64,000 nt of DNA from Octopus vulgaris (taxonomy: Eukaryota). A program made the translations under genes and the position numbers. Shown here piece after piece: positions 27,040-38,941 of this stretch (positions are counted from its first letter, which is position 1; every line of letters begins with the position of its first letter). The stretch covers positions 744,001 through 808,000 of the forward strand of contig OX597824.1 in NCBI GenBank assembly GCA_951406725.2, given 5' to 3'. The notes beneath the pieces were generated by a model. The model was not told the DNA's origin. It did not search any database and saw only the letters and a list, made by a program, of their open reading frames with translations.

Positions 27040-27544
27040 GAGCTTAGCACTCATACAGTACTTTTAAAATTGCAACATCGACTAAAGAAGTCGATAAAGT
27101 ATGGTGGATACGAGTAGAAAACGAGTAGGAAACGAAAATATTGATTACAGTAAAAGGACCATAATTATTTGGCAGGAGGTCAGCTTTGATTTGTCTGCTG
27201 GATAATTATTGATATTACCGCAATGCATTGTGGATTATTCCTTTATTCCTTTAATTCATTTTAGACATCGACCTGAGATTCTGTTCTTAACATTAAAGAT
27301 TTCATCTGGAATTCCAACCCCTCAGAAACACTATCCGTGCAATTACAGTTGACACCTGATATTTCGTCTAAATTCTGGTCTTCCGCATATGAACGTTTTG
27401 AACAAACACCCTCACTTCACCCCCACAACCATATGATGTGTTATAGGGCATCTGGGCACTGTATACAAGAAGCTCATTCTTCTTCTTCTTCTTCTTCTTC
27501 TTCTTCTTCTTCTTCTTCTTCTTCTTCTTCTTCTTCTTCTTCTT

Positions 27545-28590
27545 CCCTCCGCCTTAGCGAAGGTGGAGTTATTGTTTTCAGTCTTGTTTGTTTGTTTGGT
27601 CCGTGGACAACATATCTCAAGAACTGCTGGATGGATTTGGATGAAACTCTCAGGGATGTTTGGCCTCGTGACTGGCACGAACTGATTAGATTTCGGAATC
27701 GATCCGGTACCGGACAACGATCTTGAATTATTATATTTACTTTACATGAAGTATTACGATCTTACATTGGCTTTCAAGTCTTTCTCCGATTATCTCCCTT
27801 GAAAGCACGTTCATGGTTTTCACGTAAGTTATGGCGGGGTTGCTGTTTCCAAAGTTTTATTTTTGTTTCTCTGTTATTGATTTTACTCGTGTCTCTGTCT
27901 TTGTAGAAACTCATGGACAAAGAAATCAAACTACATAAGCAAACGGCAGCAAAACCGTTCAGAAATTAAATAACACTAACATATTCAGTAACAATTATAA
28001 ATTTAATTTATCCTCGACAATTTTTAGTTTTACCAATTTCGAATATATCGCTCCTGTTTAAAACCTCTTATCTACTTGACAATTGCGTTTCTAGCTCTGC
28101 CTTGAAGGAAGCTTTACTTCTTGGACCCACGTTTTCGTGCGCAACGATGTTCTCAAACCTCTATTAACAACACTGTATGCAGGTCCTTTCCGTTTTCTCT
28201 CCCGCACAGATAAATTCTTCACTATAGATTTTAATGGTCGTAAAGACACTATATCAGTGAATAGACTAAAAAAGGCCTTCATAGAGAAAACTGTCCCAGT
28301 TCCCACTGCGGACGGCACACACACAGCATTAAAAACAAAGCTCGCACACCCACCTTCACATTCCATGAGTACCATCGGGATCGATCAGGTACCGGACAAG
28401 GATTCTGGATTATTTATCCGATTTTTGTTTACTTAATTTTTGAGAGCGGTCGGGTTCATTTTTAGTATTCCCGTTTGTGAGAGCAGTTGAGCTTATTTCA
28501 GATATTCTCATTTAAAAAATCATCTCTGGCTCTTCGTTGAGAGGACATTAGTGTTGCCTTGGCGGAGGTTTGTGCTTTCTCAGTGCGCTT
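27545..28590 (+). mobile_element. Non-autonomous Helentron/HINE (DINE-like) element
   Basis: Sub-terminal inverted repeats CCTCCGCC/GGCGGAGG, a (GTTT)n tract, the core ATATCTCAAGAACTGCTGGATGGATTTGGATGAAACT, a 3' hairpin and T-rich flanks. Confidence 0.7.
28091..28300 (+). pseudogene. Gypsy LTR-retrotransposon integrase C-terminal (GPY/F) fragment
   Basis: THVFVRNDVLKPLLTTLYAGPFRFLSRTDKFFTIDFNGRKDTISVNRLKKAF matches the GPY/F...RLK motif. Confidence 0.8.
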
Positions 28591-28605
28591 ATTATTATTA
28601 TTTTA

Positions 28606-28659
<54 letters not shown>

Positions 28660-28661
<2 letters not shown>

Positions 28662-29680
28662 TTTTTTTTTCTTCTTTCAAATTTGCTTCCATTTCTTGCC
28701 GAGTGTCTTCCCGACTCCTAGGGCAAAGAAACTCATAGTATACATTGGTAGGCCATTAAACCAAACTCAATAGTTCGTTCAATTTTTTTAATTTTTTTTT
28801 TTAAGTTAAATTAAAATACATGAGCAGCAACAGTTCTCACATCGACAATGCTCTTCTCAATATTATTATTATTATTATTATTATTATCATTTTACTTCTC
28901 AGAGTTCCCAGTCTCACTTGTTCTGGTTGATTCTGTGAGAGGACAGCAACCTGTTGTCAGAGGGTCTCTTTCTGCAAATTATAAGCTTTGGTATTTGGGT
29001 GTTACCTTATCGTGGAAGACACTCAACACCCAAGCACCAATCTATAAATCCTAGCTGTCCTCAGTAGAGCAGTTTTTCGGCCTGCTCTCATGTCAATTCC
29101 AATTTCTCCGACATATTTCTCTGGTTGTTAGGGCGCTGAGTGCCCCCCACAACTGGCTGGCAGAATAGTTAGCGCGCCGGACGAAATGTTTAGCGGTATT
29201 TCGCCCGTCGCTACGTTCTGAGTTCAAATTCCATCGAAGTTGACCTAAGTTTTCATCTTTTCGGGGTCGATAAATCAAGTACCAGTGAAACACTGGGGTT
29301 GATGTAATCGACTCATCCCCTCCACCAAGATTGCTGGGGTTGTGGCTAAATTTGAAATCATCATCATTATTATTATTATTATTATTATTAATATTATTAT
29401 TATTATTATTATTCAGTAGCCTTTTATTTTATCACGTGCTTTCACAGCACTACCGAGCGCAGCTCTGTGTGCCTTGGGTATGTGCTGTGGTTTGCTGTGA
29501 TGTTCTTATGGTTACTGTATTGAAAGTGTTTTACATAGGATGTGTACAGTGCCTAGAAATACTATTTTCCGAATCTTATATATACTTGTTAGTCCTGGTG
29601 TTTTTGTTATGTATTTGTCTATTTTTTTATCATACCTAATGCGCCTACTATGATAGGAATTGTTTCTTTGTCTCCAGTGC
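28660..29680 (-). mobile_element. Three successive R4-like LINE 3' ends in (TTA)n, interrupted by a family A SINE (29153-29356 plus)
   Basis: Minus-strand readings RALSM*, GALSALTT...KTALLRTARI and TIPIIVGALGMIK...KIVFLGTVHILCKTLSIQ*. Each ends in (TAA)n. Confidence 0.75.
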
Positions 29681-29799
29681 CGCTGCAACGGTCATTGTGT
29701 GTGGAGGTACGTCGTACGTGTATGGAGCTTTCTGCTTTGTACTTTGACTTTAGGCCATTGTATTAAAATTTATGATCGTGTTAAATTTAGAGTTGTTTA

Positions 29800-30921
29800 C
29801 ATTTAACAATGACACATAAACCAATAATGCGTCATGATACCGAATGCCCAAATTTGGTACACCATGTGATCTCAGTGAGCGAGTTTTAAGGACGTACTAA
29901 AATGCATTTTATTCGAACGAGCAAAAGAAAAGGATGTAGTTAAGAGGATCCTCCAATTAAACAAATTGTCAAGATTGTTGCAGGAAAGACAATTCTTCTT
30001 TGGCAAAAGGCACCCATTCCTTTGTTTTACGATTGAGTCAGTTAAACCGAAAATCTAACATTTCCATCTAAAGTACCAGACATGACTAAAATCTGTGAAA
30101 AATAGAAAAAAGGTGCCATCGTTTCAAACAAAGTGTTATGCGTTTAAAAACAATGCAGCAAAAGATTTATTTGACATTTCCTGTTGCAAGTGCAACTCCT
30201 TTAAAAACTGCAGTTGCATTAGAGACAACAAAAGTACCCCAGAGAGAACAAGAGTTTTTACAGGATCATCGGACAAATCGATAAATGATCATTGGGGGAA
30301 TAGATTAAGCAGTATCTAAACAGAACGTTCAGAGGTTAATTACACAGAATCGGTCGGATCACTGTCGCCCTTTTTACGTCAGCAAAGGAAAGTTTAAGAT
30401 TTTCGGTTTAACTGACTCAGTCGTAACCCAAGGAATGGATGCCTTTTGCCAAAGAAGAATTATCTTTTCTGCTACAATCTTGACAATTTGTTTAATCTGT
30501 TTTAATGTGTGTGTAAACTAGACTTCATATAACACATATATTCAGTGACCTAGTTTTAAAAATAATAAACAAAGTCAAAAAGTTTATTTATTTCACAGAA
30601 TTTCAAATTTTCAAGTGTATTGCTGAGTTTGAAGGTATAAATGTTGGAGCATGAGATTTTAACATTGTTTTCAAAAATTTTAAAAACAAAAATTGATTCG
30701 TTAGACTGAATTTAAAAGATATAATATGGAACGGTAAACGTGTTATAAATTAATTTTTCGCTCAGTATTCAAACTGTCAAGTGGGCTGCGGAGCCTGAAG
30801 ATGTAAAGTTTAGAACTTCATATTTTAACACAGTTGTTTCTAAAACAACTCGCAATAACAAAAATATTCTTAAAAAGATATTTCGAAAATCTGGGTAAAA
30901 AGCAACTTTTTCGCTCCACCC
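29800..30921 (+). mobile_element. DNA transposon relic, Sola2-like
   Basis: LFDISCCKCNSFKNCSCIRDN, then after a frameshift KVPQREQEFLQD..R.MIIGGID, a Cys-rich N-terminal transposase motif. TIR-like end ...TTTTTCGCTCCACCC. Superfamily assigned from memory of the motif. Confidence 0.55.
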
Positions 30922-30965
30922 TAATATATCAGGTGAAATTCTGGTCAATAACTTATTCAACCAGC

Positions 30966-31024
<59 letters not shown>

Positions 31025-31026
31025 TC

Positions 31027-31255
31027 TTCGTTATAGGTATAAGAATATACCATAAACAAGTACTTTTTTTATACTTGTTTATGGTATATTCTTATTCCTA
31101 TAACGAATCTCCTCATATATTATTTTTATATTCTTATTACCTGTTTTGGCTTATTTTTATGAATATGATCAATCCTTATTAGAAATCCCCTTTTCTCTCG
31201 TTTTGGATCCCCCAACAAGTTTGAATTGTTATTTTGAACATACCTTTTCTCCTAT
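31027..31255 (+). repeat. 36-bp hairpin plus unique tail between (TA)n tracts
   Basis: 31027-31062 vs 31072-31107, 1 mismatch. Confidence 0.85.
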
Positions 31256-32979
31256 ATATATAAATACACACACACACACACACATCGTAAGATCATGAAT
31301 TCCATTCCTAGCGCCGTATTGTGTCCTTGAGCAAGACACTTTCTGCCACGTAGCTTCAGTCCACTCAAGCCAGCAAAAATGAGTTGTACCTGTAATTCCC
31401 TGTAATATCACTTGACATCCTTACGCCTGGTGAGACCATGTCTTTGCACATGAAAACTCCTTCGTTCTATGTTGGTAGAGAGTGGTGTGACGACGCTAGA
31501 GTGCCCTTTGTATTTCATTGATATTGTCACAGGTAAGAGTGTGGGGGCTGTCGTAATTTGGTATCGGAATCACCGCCACGGTTGGAAGAATGAATCTGGA
31601 AGAATTTGGAAAGTTGAATTATGCTCTAACGAATCGCCTGCATATATCTTTTGGGCGTTCGTCTTCTTTCTTTTGGCGTTGGTATTTATTTTATGGAACC
31701 CAAAAGAATGAAAGGCAAAATTATTCCCAGCGATATTCGAACTCAGAACCTAAAGGCGGATGAGATGCGGCTAAGCATGTTGTCCGACGCACTATCGATT
31801 TGGCCAGCTCACCACCTTCAACTACCTTTAATAATAAAAAAAGCGAAAATAGAAACAACTGTGCGATTATAATACCGAAAACATTGTTAATCCAAGATAT
31901 TCCTTCTGAGAAAGTATCTATTCCATTCTTATGTACAAGGCTTCAAATTTAAGGGAAAGGAACAATTGGTTATTTCGAATCCCCTTAGTATTGACCAAGA
32001 CTTATCTTATCGACCCGAAAATGTTGTAAAATCAAATTTAACCTCAGTGATATTGAACTCGAAATGTTAAGATTCGTAATAAAATATCTTTATATCGCTT
32101 CTGTCAATTCCTCGCCTTCAAACACTTAAAATATTAATAGCATGCGACGACACAGAATTCCCATTAACAAATGTCACAGAGAGAGATTTTATCTACAAAA
32201 TCTCCTTTTGGGACTTACGTTTCTTTACTTTTTACAAAATGTAAAGTGAAGAACTGGATATGATAATGAACCGGATCTAAGAGTGAGAAAGATACTTATG
32301 CTATCTCAGAAGGGATACAAAACAATTAAATGAAGATGTTTTTCTCGCAAATAACTCACAAAGGTGAGTAGATAATGATTTATTGATAATCAGCAAGTCT
32401 TAGAATTATACAAGAAAGAAAACTAGTAATTGTTAGTATTTATGTCTTTTTCAAGTGCGTTAACTTAGCGAGTGAATATAATCCCTGCTGGGAATTACTA
32501 GCAATATGTCATACGCCCACTGCGTTGCGAATCAAGAAAATAACATCAGTTTTTAAAGTAAAAAAAGAAAGAAATACCCGCCTCCCACCACCGAATCAGC
32601 GAAAATATTACGATAGATAGATACGACTATCATTTTACTCGGTAACTTCTGACAGATGCATTTGTCTTCTTGTAAGTAGCGCTTGTAATTCTAAACCAAA
32701 CACATAAAGCATTAAAATAATGGATTTATTTTTGTCTTTTTAGAAGGTCTTCAAATGTTCAAATAGATGCGCATGTCTGGCAAGAAAAACTTATTTCAAA
32801 CATTCATGTCTGTCATTCATATCGTAGCGAAGCTTTTAAAAGACGTTGGGTGATGTAATCGGTTGAGCGGCCGACGAATTGTTTTCTTGCCTTTAGTTCT
32901 GTCAATGGACACTCATACCGAGTTCAAATCACGTTGACGACACACACACACATATATATATATATATGTGTGTGTATAT

Positions 32980-33180
32980 ATAATTCGTCGCCATGATTGA
33001 TCTCTAAATCCACAAGTTTTTTTTTATTCTCTCTGTTTATTTCCTCTTATTCCTTTCTGTTGAGGAGCATAGGCTCGAAGCGTAAAAGACTTTTTCATTT
33101 TCCCGAGCGCCAAACCAATACACCTGTTTGTTGTTCATGCATCTGTCTTCATCTTTTGTTTCTCTGTAAATTTCAACTAC
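32980..33180 (+). mobile_element. Short microsatellite-flanked repeat with degenerate hammerhead motif
   Basis: CTTT..TTGAGGA GC ATAG GC TC GAAGC GTA AAAG at 33053-33088. Confidence 0.45.
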
Positions 33181-35504
33181 ACACACACACACACGCATAC
33201 ACACATATATACATACACATGTATATCGGCAGAAGAGTAAAGAATCGTTGGTGCGTCGAACAAAAATATCTTGTAGAACTCCGTTACACTACACCTAGAC
33301 ATCTACAATAGTTATTTGCCGTGTAAGTTCAGATTGATTGATTGATTGATTCTAGTTTCAGCTTATTAGCTGTGGCCATGCTGGGGCACCGCCATTTAAA
33401 GATATTCACTTCCTCGAAGAAAATTGTATGTGAGCTCTCCACTGACAAGAAATAACACCAAAATCTCCCTCAAATAACCTACCGGTTTAATAATATACAT
33501 TGAATGATGGGATCCTTGAGATATAGTTTGAAAATAATTTAATGGAAAGATTATGGTTTTGGGCGCCTTTAACCTGAACTATTCTGTGTAAAACTCGATC
33601 TAGGATAGCTATGACCAATGGCGATCCAAAGTGAAATGGTTTGTATTATTTACCGACTGCTAATAGGGGAAATGTAAAATATAGTCTCTCGCCTCCCGAC
33701 ATAATGAGATGATTGCAGCAGATTTGAAATCAAAAATACACGAGTCAGCTTTGTTAAAAGAAGTGACGGGACGGTGAAGGCTGCAGCGCCTTTCTTCACG
33801 AATCCGACCGGTCAAGACTTTTGTTATTGAATATATATAAAAGGAATTAGCACGGCCCCAATTGTAAGTAAAAAAGCTTGTTTCGAAGATAATATGCAGA
33901 GCGCGACACAAAAGATAAGTAAGTACTATTGTACTAATACCTTGATAACGTGACAATAACTTAATTTCCTCACTAATTACATGATTAATAAAGCTGATCT
34001 TTGTGAATATCTTCATGCATATTAAATGTAAAATGTTTAACATCCAGTCGTAAGTCATTTTTGTAAAGGACAATTTATTGCTTCATGTTGAAAAATAAAG
34101 AAAAATGGATCTCCAACAATTTCCATTGAATTAATGTGCCAAGTGGACGAGTATTCTATGAAAGGTGTACCCTTAACTTAACCCTTAACCAGAACGGGCG
34201 TGACAGCTTCTGCCTACCCAGTTTCAGTCACAAGGCTAGAGTCAAATCGAGGTTATGGTCGAAAGTGTCACGCAGTGGAATGGAACCTGTGACCTCGTGA
34301 CTCGAACATCTAAATCATTCGGTCTTGTTGCATCACTTGTAATGATTGTTTCTGATTCAGCAAAAAGGCAAGAAATTTTGAGGGAAGACGGTTAGATGAT
34401 TAGATCGATTCCACTGCTTGATTGAAACTTTATTTTATTGGTCTTGAGAACATGTGAAGAAGAAAAGCAAAGCCGACCTCGGCGGAAATTGAACCCAGAA
34501 CGTAAAACGCCAGAAGAAATACTGCAAAGCAATGTTTCCGACTCTGCAACTCTTCTATCAACTTGCACTTTTGAAGCAATTTTGAAGGGAGAAGGAGTAA
34601 TCTACATCATCAACCCCAGTTCTTGACTGATACAATTTTCAGCCCCGAAACGTAAAGTTGACCTCGGTGGTATTTGAAATCCGAATGTAAAATGCCAGAA
34701 CAAATATCGCAAAAGCGTTTTATACGATGTTCTGGCGACAATGCCAATCCACCATCCCATAACAGGTCCAGCCATCTTAAGTATTACCATCAATACTGAA
34801 TCGAAACTGGAGGAACTACCACGATATAAAGAGTTCAAATAAATATAAAAGCAATTATGGTACTTACAAAACGTTTATTGCTTCTAATATTCAAAATAAG
34901 TATACATATATCAAACAGATTTTGTAGCAAATATAGATTATTAGACAATATAACAACTAAATGAAGACAATAGCTGTTTTGTTCTGTCTCAAATCGGTCT
35001 ATAAAAAATTTAATGCTTTATATTAAAACAACTCAAGCTGTTAATTAATTATTTGTTGATATACTATTCATGAGGTTGTTGTTGTTGTAGTTACTGTCAA
35101 CAATAAACCCATGTTCGCCCTAATCGTGACATATTCTCAAAAGCGTCTCGCCAAGATCGTCCTCTCTTTTTATGTATTGGAGACTACACTTTTTTGGCTC
35201 TCCCTAAACCCTTTTTTTTAAATGACAGTAGGATGTAATTTAAGAGGGATTTTAATTCCCACAATAAAAATCGAACCGATGTCGGTAATTAGCAGGTTTT
35301 AATGAAATGATTTGCTTACTGATAACATTTAATGTAGGAAATTTTAACAGACTAATTAGAAATATGCGGTGAAGAAAAAACAATATTAGACAATGATTAA
35401 TGTTCCTTCCTTCCTTCCTTCTTTCCTTCCTGCTCATGAAATGTTTAATTAAACCATCTAACACGTATTTCATTAACAATGATAAAGATTAAGAAAATAA
35501 GGAA

Positions 35505-35931
35505 AACTTTATAATCATTCTTTTCTACTCTAGGCAGAAAGCCCGAAATTTTTGGGGAGTGGGGCCAGTCGATTACATCGACCCAGTACGCAGCAGGTAC
35601 TTGATTTATCGACCCCGAAAGGATGAAAGGTAAAGTCGACCTCGGCGGAATTTGAACTCAGAACGTAAAAACAGACGAAATACCTATTTCTTTACTACCC
35701 ACAAGGGGCTAAACACAGAGAGAACAAACAAGGACAGACAAACGGACTAAGTCGATTACATCGACCCCAGTGCGTAACTGGTACTTAATTTATCGACCTC
35801 GAAAGGATGAAAGGTAAAGTCGACCTCGGCGGAATTTGAACTCAGAACGTAAAGACAGACGAACCACCGCAAATCATATCGCCCGGCGTGCTATCGTTTC
35901 TGCCAGCTCGCCGCCTTAACTTTATAATCAT
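35505..35931 (-). mobile_element. Dimeric family A SINE with 14-bp target-site duplication
   Basis: Core duplicated at 35568-35684 and 35751-35868. AACTTTATAATCAT occurs at 35505-35518 and 35918-35931. Confidence 0.9.
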
Positions 35932-36329
35932 ATTGCATTGCCGAAGCTTCAGAAAACTTTTACAAGTAACTTTCAGTATTCATATTAGACTGCCTTATAG
36001 TATCTATTAACAAAAGATCTGTGTTAAATTATACGTACGAGAGGGAGGAAAATATGTTTTAACGTAGTTAAAGAAGCATTTGTGTTGCGATTGTGTCCGG
36101 GAACAGAGGAGATGTGTAGCTAAAGCCATCAGGTTTCAGAGATCACAGCATGCTAGTCCTATGATTTGTTGTTTGTGTGGATTGTTAAGCTGCAAATTGC
36201 TGTCCATCCTCTCGGACTATTGTTAGTACGCGTACACACATATACACGTATATTCGTGGATGTATGCACGTCACAAATATTTAAACATCCCCTGCACATA
36301 GCAACGTACACGTTCGAATTAATATGGGA

Positions 36330-36830
36330 TATTTTTCCAATTAATCTGTTGAATTAATCTGGGATCTTTTCCGGATGCTCCGGTTTCACCTGTTGTAAGA
36401 TATTCAGTTCTATCGTGGACCAATCGCTTGTCATTTTTTAACGTCTAAGAGAGCGATACTTCCTTCCAGTACAACGCACGCTACAATCCACCAGAACTTC
36501 GACATCGGTGGTACACCAGATAATGTTACACAACTATTTGATCTTCCAAGATAAGTGGGAATGAAGACAAATTGCTCATTCCTACGGGTATCAGGGTATG
36601 ATTTTCAACAAAGATCTCTTTCAGGAATTGTACTTCGAGGATGCATAATTGCTGAACCCTTGTGATGTATGTATGCCCAGACTCTTCGCAATCATCTTTT
36701 TATATGAACGTGTCTGGCTAATTCCGCGCGTTAGTTTTTGACCGATACATCTGTAAATTATTGTTCCATTTGCCGTCTTTTTCGAGACTTCTGGATCCAC
36801 AGTTATTTGTCTATTTTTCATTAGCCGTTC
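36330..36830 (-). pseudogene. Degenerate mariner-type transposase relic
   Basis: MKNRQITV..EVSK..ANGTII resembles the mariner HTH (NRRITVREIA). Downstream frames are heavily disrupted. Confidence 0.4.
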
Positions 36831-37065
36831 AGTACGATTTTTTAGATTCGTATGCTTGTCCCCTTTAGAAACCTAGACAATATTTGTAGAAACCCATGCG
36901 AAATATTTGTTGGTGCTGTCAGTGCTTTGAGCGGTCACATTTATAATGGGGATGGTAGCGGTGTTAGTGACAATAGTATTTCTTTTCACCCTTGACTGTT
37001 ATAGTGATCGGGGTGCTTTTCTCGTCGCCATATACTGTTTTGTTGCTTTGTCATTATTAAGGACA

Positions 37066-38941
37066 GGACATTAAGGCACTTAAAAAGGGGCATGTATGGC
37101 ACTAAAATAGGCATTTATGCCACTAACAAATAGGAGATTTTAACAAGTAAGCATAGAAGTTACAAGGTACGTTGGAGTTTAAGGTACTTCGTTAGTATTG
37201 TGTACCGAAGAGGAAGTATTGTTTAACGAGATGTGCTGATGGAATTGTAAATATGGTCATGAAACAGGGGTTAAGCCTGCTTATTTTTCAGTAGAAAATG
37301 TTTATAACACAGGCAATATAATGAAATTAGTCAAAACTGAAAATATTTATTACAACGTTAAATAAGGTAACAGAATTTTGTACTATTGGTTTATGGAATT
37401 TATAATCCATATGAAACAAAAGTTTTAATAAGGCATATATATAGAAAAGAGAACACTGTTTCTTAAAATAGAAATATAATAGAATTAAAAAAACAATGTT
37501 AAACAGCAGTAGCCAAAAACGTTTATACATCACAACCGTTGCTATGGGTATTATTACAAGATGTCACTATAAGCTTTTTGGGGTTTTCACAGGTCAAATT
37601 CAACGATCGATCTGAAAGCAGATGTTTTAGCTTTGAAAAAGACCTTTCAACTTCGACCGATGTCAAAGGTGCATGTTTGATAGATGTTATATCACTCGAC
37701 GAGAGCTTTCCAACATATTGTTTAAGAACGTTTGCAATGTCCTTAATCTGTTGTGGGTCGGTATAGGCGTCAATCACTTTTTGGCATTTTTTACCCATGT
37801 GTCTCGCCCTCTCTCCGGGAGGACTCCTCACCTTTTCTATTGTGCCGTCAAACGAAGATAGAACTTCTAGCATAGAAATGTTCCGGGTTTTTTAAAGCTA
37901 TTATAGTTCGTGGTAGCGTTTTAAAATGTGCTTCAATAAAGGGGAGATCGCTATGAATACTGAAGTTACGAATCAAATCTTGGACAATACATGTAGAGGA
38001 AGTTTCTTCACTGTTTAATGTATTAAAAATTTCCTTTAGAGTATCAAGATTTGAGGAATAATATACAGCAGCGATTATCCACGTCCCCCATCTCGTGAGA
38101 ATGGGTTGCGAAGGTAAACTCAGTGTTGGTGCCATGTTCGCGGAAAAGTTCACACCTACATGGAGATTAAAAAAAAAATTTTTTTCACCATTTACAATCA
38201 ACCTGTCAACATCTGAAAATGGTAAGCGTACTTCTTCGGTAATTCTCTGCGCTCCATGTATTAAACAACATGGATCATGCGAGGAAACAGAACCTGTAAT
38301 GTTTTAGCAGCATTTTTCATTTAAGGCGCAGCATCTGTCACAAATAGTAACACATTGTCATATTTGAAACCACCAGTCCACAGCAAAGCTAAAGAAGAAG
38401 TGAATAGTTGAGTGATAGTAGAACTATTAGCAGAAGTAAGAAATTCTGATGTTAGTAATCGGACTTTTCTACAGTACCTACAATAACCTTCGCAAGATGT
38501 CTCCCCAACGGGTCAGTGGTTTCATCTATCGAAATCCACATTTGCTTTTCTCCGCCAACTTCCCTGATATTGTTCATAGTTTCTACGTAATATTTGTCAA
38601 CATAGTATTTTCTAAGAGTTGCTTCGTTTGGAATACTTTCTCAGCGTATTTCTCAAAAAACTGATTTCAAACTTGTTAATTTCCATATTGGTATACCTGC
38701 ATCAATAATCCGGCACAAATCCCGGTTGAAATTACGGTCCGCATTCGATAAAGACGGATGAACAGAAACAGCGACAGAACGGGATGCATTTCCTGATGAT
38801 TGGTGGCCATCAAAGAACAGGCATTATAGAGGCATTTATGGCATTATATAGGCATTTATGGCATTATATAGGCATTTATGGCATTATATAGGCATTTATG
38901 GCATTATATAGGCATTTATGGCAATTAAGGCAAATGTCCCT
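37066..38941 (-). mobile_element. hAT-superfamily DNA transposon (DUF659-type transposase, disrupted)
   Basis: NVLLFVTDAAP, PSQPILTRWGTWIIAAVYY and APLTSVEVERSFSKLKHLLSDR (hAT dimerisation motif). Short inverted ends GGACATT/AATGTCC, with AGGCATTTATG motifs near both ends. Confidence 0.85.
38820..38922. repeat. Sub-terminal tandem repeat, 5 x 20 bp (GGCATTATATAGGCATTTAT)
   Basis: Seen directly; no spacers. Confidence 0.95.

Noticed and set aside
33660-34160. 137-aa ORF / mariner 5' end
   Set aside because: Only a faint resemblance (RPVTS) to the mariner N-terminus. Too weak to call.
38820-38922. Regular 20-bp repeat array as CRISPR
   Set aside because: No unique spacers, no cas genes, eukaryotic context. 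It is a transposon sub-terminal repeat.
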